Source: Chrysomallon squamiferum
Taxonomy: Eukaryota; Animalia; Mollusca
DNA length: 64,000 bases
Assembly (NCBI GenBank): GCA_012295275.1
Contig: CM022676.1
Location: forward strand, 7,564,001-7,628,000
Direction: 5' to 3'
Of this stretch, positions 60,720 through 64,000 are shown piece after piece; position 1 is the stretch's first letter; each line of letters starts with the position of its first letter. A program made the position numbers and the translations under genes. Under the pieces are notes generated by a model. That model saw nothing but the letters and a program-made list of their open reading frames with translations, had not been told where the DNA came from and did no database searches.

Positions 60720-61513
60720 ACTTTAATATGAACTGATGAAATGGAGGGGTACATCTACCAAAATGGTGAGAGAGGAACAATAATGCGTGTGTGCACCTGT
60801 GGCATTGATGACAGCAGTACATCGTCGTCTCATGCTTCTAATGAGAGCATCAATCTCAGAAACAGCAACTGCGTTCCATTCCCGGTTCAGAGCAATTTCT
60901 AGGTCGTGGACATTAAGGATATGAGGATGGTACCCCACGGCGCAGTAGATCTCATGCATGTCCATCTGGGGACAAGTCAGAGACAGTGCGAGCATGGATT
61001 CGAACCTGTGACGTCGAGATGACGTCACTGCATACCTATCTTACCTTGTAGTAGTTAATCGTAGTCTATCAGAACGCGGTCGAACTCGCCCAATTTGGAG
61101 TACTCGTTGTCGGAGTCGTGATACGGTACTGTCATGAACGCGAAAGTAGTGAGTGACGTCGTGTACGCGTTGGACGACGTTAAGCCGTCCCACTGCTTCA
61201 TGACGTTGGTTTTCCGTTAAGACTGGACGGCGACCCATTGTAACAGGATAAATTCTTCCTTTTGTTTTTGGATAATGTTGCTTCACTGCATCAAAATGTG
61301 ATTTTAATACATCCGTATTGCACGCGCTTCTGCGACAGCACGAGCGCTACGCGTTTGCACGTGCAGTCCACATATCGGCGCGCGTTATTTTCATTACCCG
61401 AAGCGACAGGGCATATGCAACTGAAGTATCAACGAATTTTATCACTTTATTTTAATTTATTTGGAAGCAACAGTCATTTACAAAAACTTGCTAAACTTTT
61501 TTGGTTAAGTATA
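60720..61513 (-). mobile_element. Internally deleted Tc1/mariner transposon
   Basis: N-terminal HTH MGRRPVLTENQRHEAVGRL...HDSTVSRLRQR...GRVRPRSDRLRLTT (61041-61286) and a Tc1-type C-terminus LEIALNREWNAV...IDALIRSMRRRCTAVINATGAHTHY (60780-60910). The DDE core is missing. A TIR-like end (acttgctaaacttttttggttaagtata) lies near 61486-61513. Confidence 0.82.
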
Positions 61514-61607
61514 CTTTTCATTGCTGATAACGAACGTGTGTAAAGAACTGCCGCTTTTTACGTAAGTGATTTTTGTCGTTGTTGTTATTGTATAGTATGT
61601 ATAACAG

Positions 61608-61679
<72 letters not shown>

Positions 61680-62024
61680 AGTCTACGACCTACTATTTGC
61701 TAGTATTGATTGCCCGTAACCGGAATGTAATACTCCGCTAGAGTAAGGATACAAATCAACTCAGTCATGTCAATTGTCAACCTGACCTAGTAGGTCAGAT
61801 ACCTCACCTGATCTCACTTTGTAAGTAATGGAGAATTCCGTTTTGTTATTCTCGTATTTATTTTATTTTATTTTATTTTATTTTTACTTTTTAAAATGTC
61901 TATGGACATTTCTTGTAACCTAAAGGTTGATATAAATGCCTGAATATTTATTGATTTTACGAATTTATTAGCATTTGTAGTCGAAACACGTTTCCTAGAA
62001 CTGCCGTTGTCTGATTTCGAATAC

Positions 62025-62036
62025 GGGGAAATCCCC
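62025..62036. promoter_or_regulatory. Near-palindromic NF-kB-like site GGGGAAATCCCC, next to a TGATAA GATA motif
   Basis: About 330 bp upstream of the ATG at 62357, in the divergent intergenic region shared with the IFI44-like gene. Confidence 0.5.
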
Positions 62037-62356
62037 TCATATCAGTTTCGTGATAAAGGTTAACTGTGTCACTAGTAGGTAAGGTTTGAAACGTTCAGTT
62101 AGTTCAAATGACTTGATGTTAAATCTAGAGTCTTAATTATTTACTTTATGACATCGCGTTCATGTATTATAAAGACGTAGCGAATACATTTATTTAGACA
62201 TCACTAAGCTTCACTATTTTCAACTAAAGGGAACCACCGTGACGAAGGTTAACTGTGTCACTAAGCAGTCTAACAAATGTAAATATGTTTTTGGAAAATA
62301 ATTCAGAGAATAATTCTTAATACGTACATTTATAATTAGAAGGTAACGAGTCTAAA

Positions 62357-62656
62357 ATGAGCTCCGCAAAAGACACAGCGACCACAACGCCAGCAGCCGA
62401 AACCGACGGTGTTCAGGAAACGGAAACCACCGAGATGAACGAGATGAACGAAGAATTACAGTTCAAGGAAGAAAACTCCTACATAACGATAAAGAACACT
62501 GTATTTTACATGCTGTGAGTAACACAATTGTTGCGCAAAAGTTTTAATACCTGAACACACGGACACACATACACACACAAACATAAATTATATCTATATA
62601 TATACACAATTCAACCATCTTTGTATGTATGTATGAATATATATACCTATAAACAC

Positions 62657-62733
<77 letters not shown>

Positions 62734-64000
62734 TATTCTTCTTGTGAAATTCAATATAATTCTCCACTACACTTTAAATTCCACTCGTGATATTTTTTCA
62801 CTTGTTTATTTTCAGGATCGTTCTTTCAGCGATACTTGCATGTTTCGTTGTGTTGCTAAATTACCTCACAGTGCGACGGATGGAAGGAATTACAGACGCA
62901 GTGACAGATTTATGTGGTGAAGGAGATGGAGAACACATTCGAGACTGTTTAATAAACTTGTTGTCGAAAGAAGGTAGCTACTTTATTCATTTATTTATTT
63001 ATTTATTTATCTAATTCATTTTACTTATTTATTTATTTAAATGTGTTTATATATTAAAACTTTATTTTTAATTTTTTGTTTCTTATATATGTCTGTATGG
63101 TAGGTTTTGTCTGTGTGTTTGTGCTTTTTGTGTGTGGATATGTATGTGGACAGATAGAGAAACAGATGTGTAGATATACCCATATTTATTTATTTTATTA
63201 TTAATATTATTATATAACTATTATTACTGTTAGTATAAAACAGTTGCTAATATCATACTAATGATTAGTATTATCATACTTAACATTAATATTATTATAA
63301 CTGATAATATTACTATTTTAATTATTATTTGTTCTTTTTTTTTAATGCAAAAGGTATAATGCAAGAACATGAAAGAAAACTGAAAAACACTGAAAGTAAA
63401 ATGCAAGATTTTCAAAACAAAATGAAAGAAATTAAAAGTAAAATGGAAAACACTGAAAATATATTGCAAAATTTTGAAACTAAAAGAACAGAAATTGAAA
63501 GAACAATGGAATGCACTAAAAATAAAATGCAAAATTTTGAAGCTAGAATTCAAGACACTGAAAATAAAATGCATGAGTTTGAAACTAAAACAACAGAAAT
63601 TGAAAGAACAATGGAAAACACTAAAAATAAAATGCAAAATTTTGAAGCTAGAATTCAAGACACTGAAAATAAAATGCATGAGTTTGAAATCAAAAGGAAT
63701 GAAAACGAAGAACAAATTTTGAAAACTGAAAGTGAAATGAAAAAATTTGAAACTAAACTGAAACAGACCGATTTCAAACTGGAAGCCCTTGAAACTACAA
63801 CACACAAATTACATGCCTCTGTTACAGACCTAGTGAATAGCATGAACAGCATAATGGATAAGATTCAGTTTATTGAGACTAATATGACAAATTGGATTTA
63901 CAAAGTTTGAACAGAACACGTCTTCCTGGGTCGGAAGTCTCGAGTTGAGAGCTCGTAGATTTGAGGACATCACTCAGCTGAACAAATATAAAATCAATGC
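62357..64000 (+). CDS. TM / coiled-coil membrane protein, copy 2 (inverted paralog of 53157-56024), running off the window end
   Basis: Exon 1 62357-62514 (MSSAKDTATTT...KEENSYITIKNTVFYML), exon 2 62816-62973 (TM1 plus two Cys), exon 3 from 63354 (heptad repeats with a duplicated 105-bp/35-aa unit). Splice phases match. A 1-nt insertion near 63900 relative to copy 1 gives a stop at 63908-63910. Confidence 0.72.

Noticed and set aside
61782-61798. Palindrome ctgacctagtaggtcag with nuclear-receptor-like half sites
   Set aside because: Single short occurrence with no supporting context.

Overview
AT-rich, microsatellite-dense eukaryotic DNA with spliceosomal GT-AG introns. The (AT)n/(AC)n/(AG)n/(AAT)n load and the Ig style resemble a mollusc, possibly a cephalopod; this is inference. 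Most ORFs in the supplied track are microsatellite artefacts, so I assembled the real genes exon by exon. The window opens with about 5 copies of a ~374-bp satellite (1-1907). Next is a tandem array of four intact-looking minus-strand Ig-superfamily type I receptor genes: A 4126-10985, B 16008-21248, C 23658-32698 and D 37350-46747. Each encodes signal peptide, V-like Ig domain, 2-4 C2/I-type Ig domains, TM and a Tyr-motif tail. Tails alternate between a full ITAM type (A, C: YSSL-x8-YDVL) and a type with an ITIM but no complete ITAM (B, D). This suggests an invertebrate paired activating/inhibitory receptor cluster evolving by exon duplication, exon decay and chimeric recombination. Further along are an IFI44-like P-loop GTPase with a C-terminal hydrophobic anchor and two inverted copies of a TM/coiled-coil/TM gene with tetherin-like topology. 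Tigger and Tc1 transposon relics and several NF-kB-like sites are also present. Overall it looks like an innate-immune gene complex.
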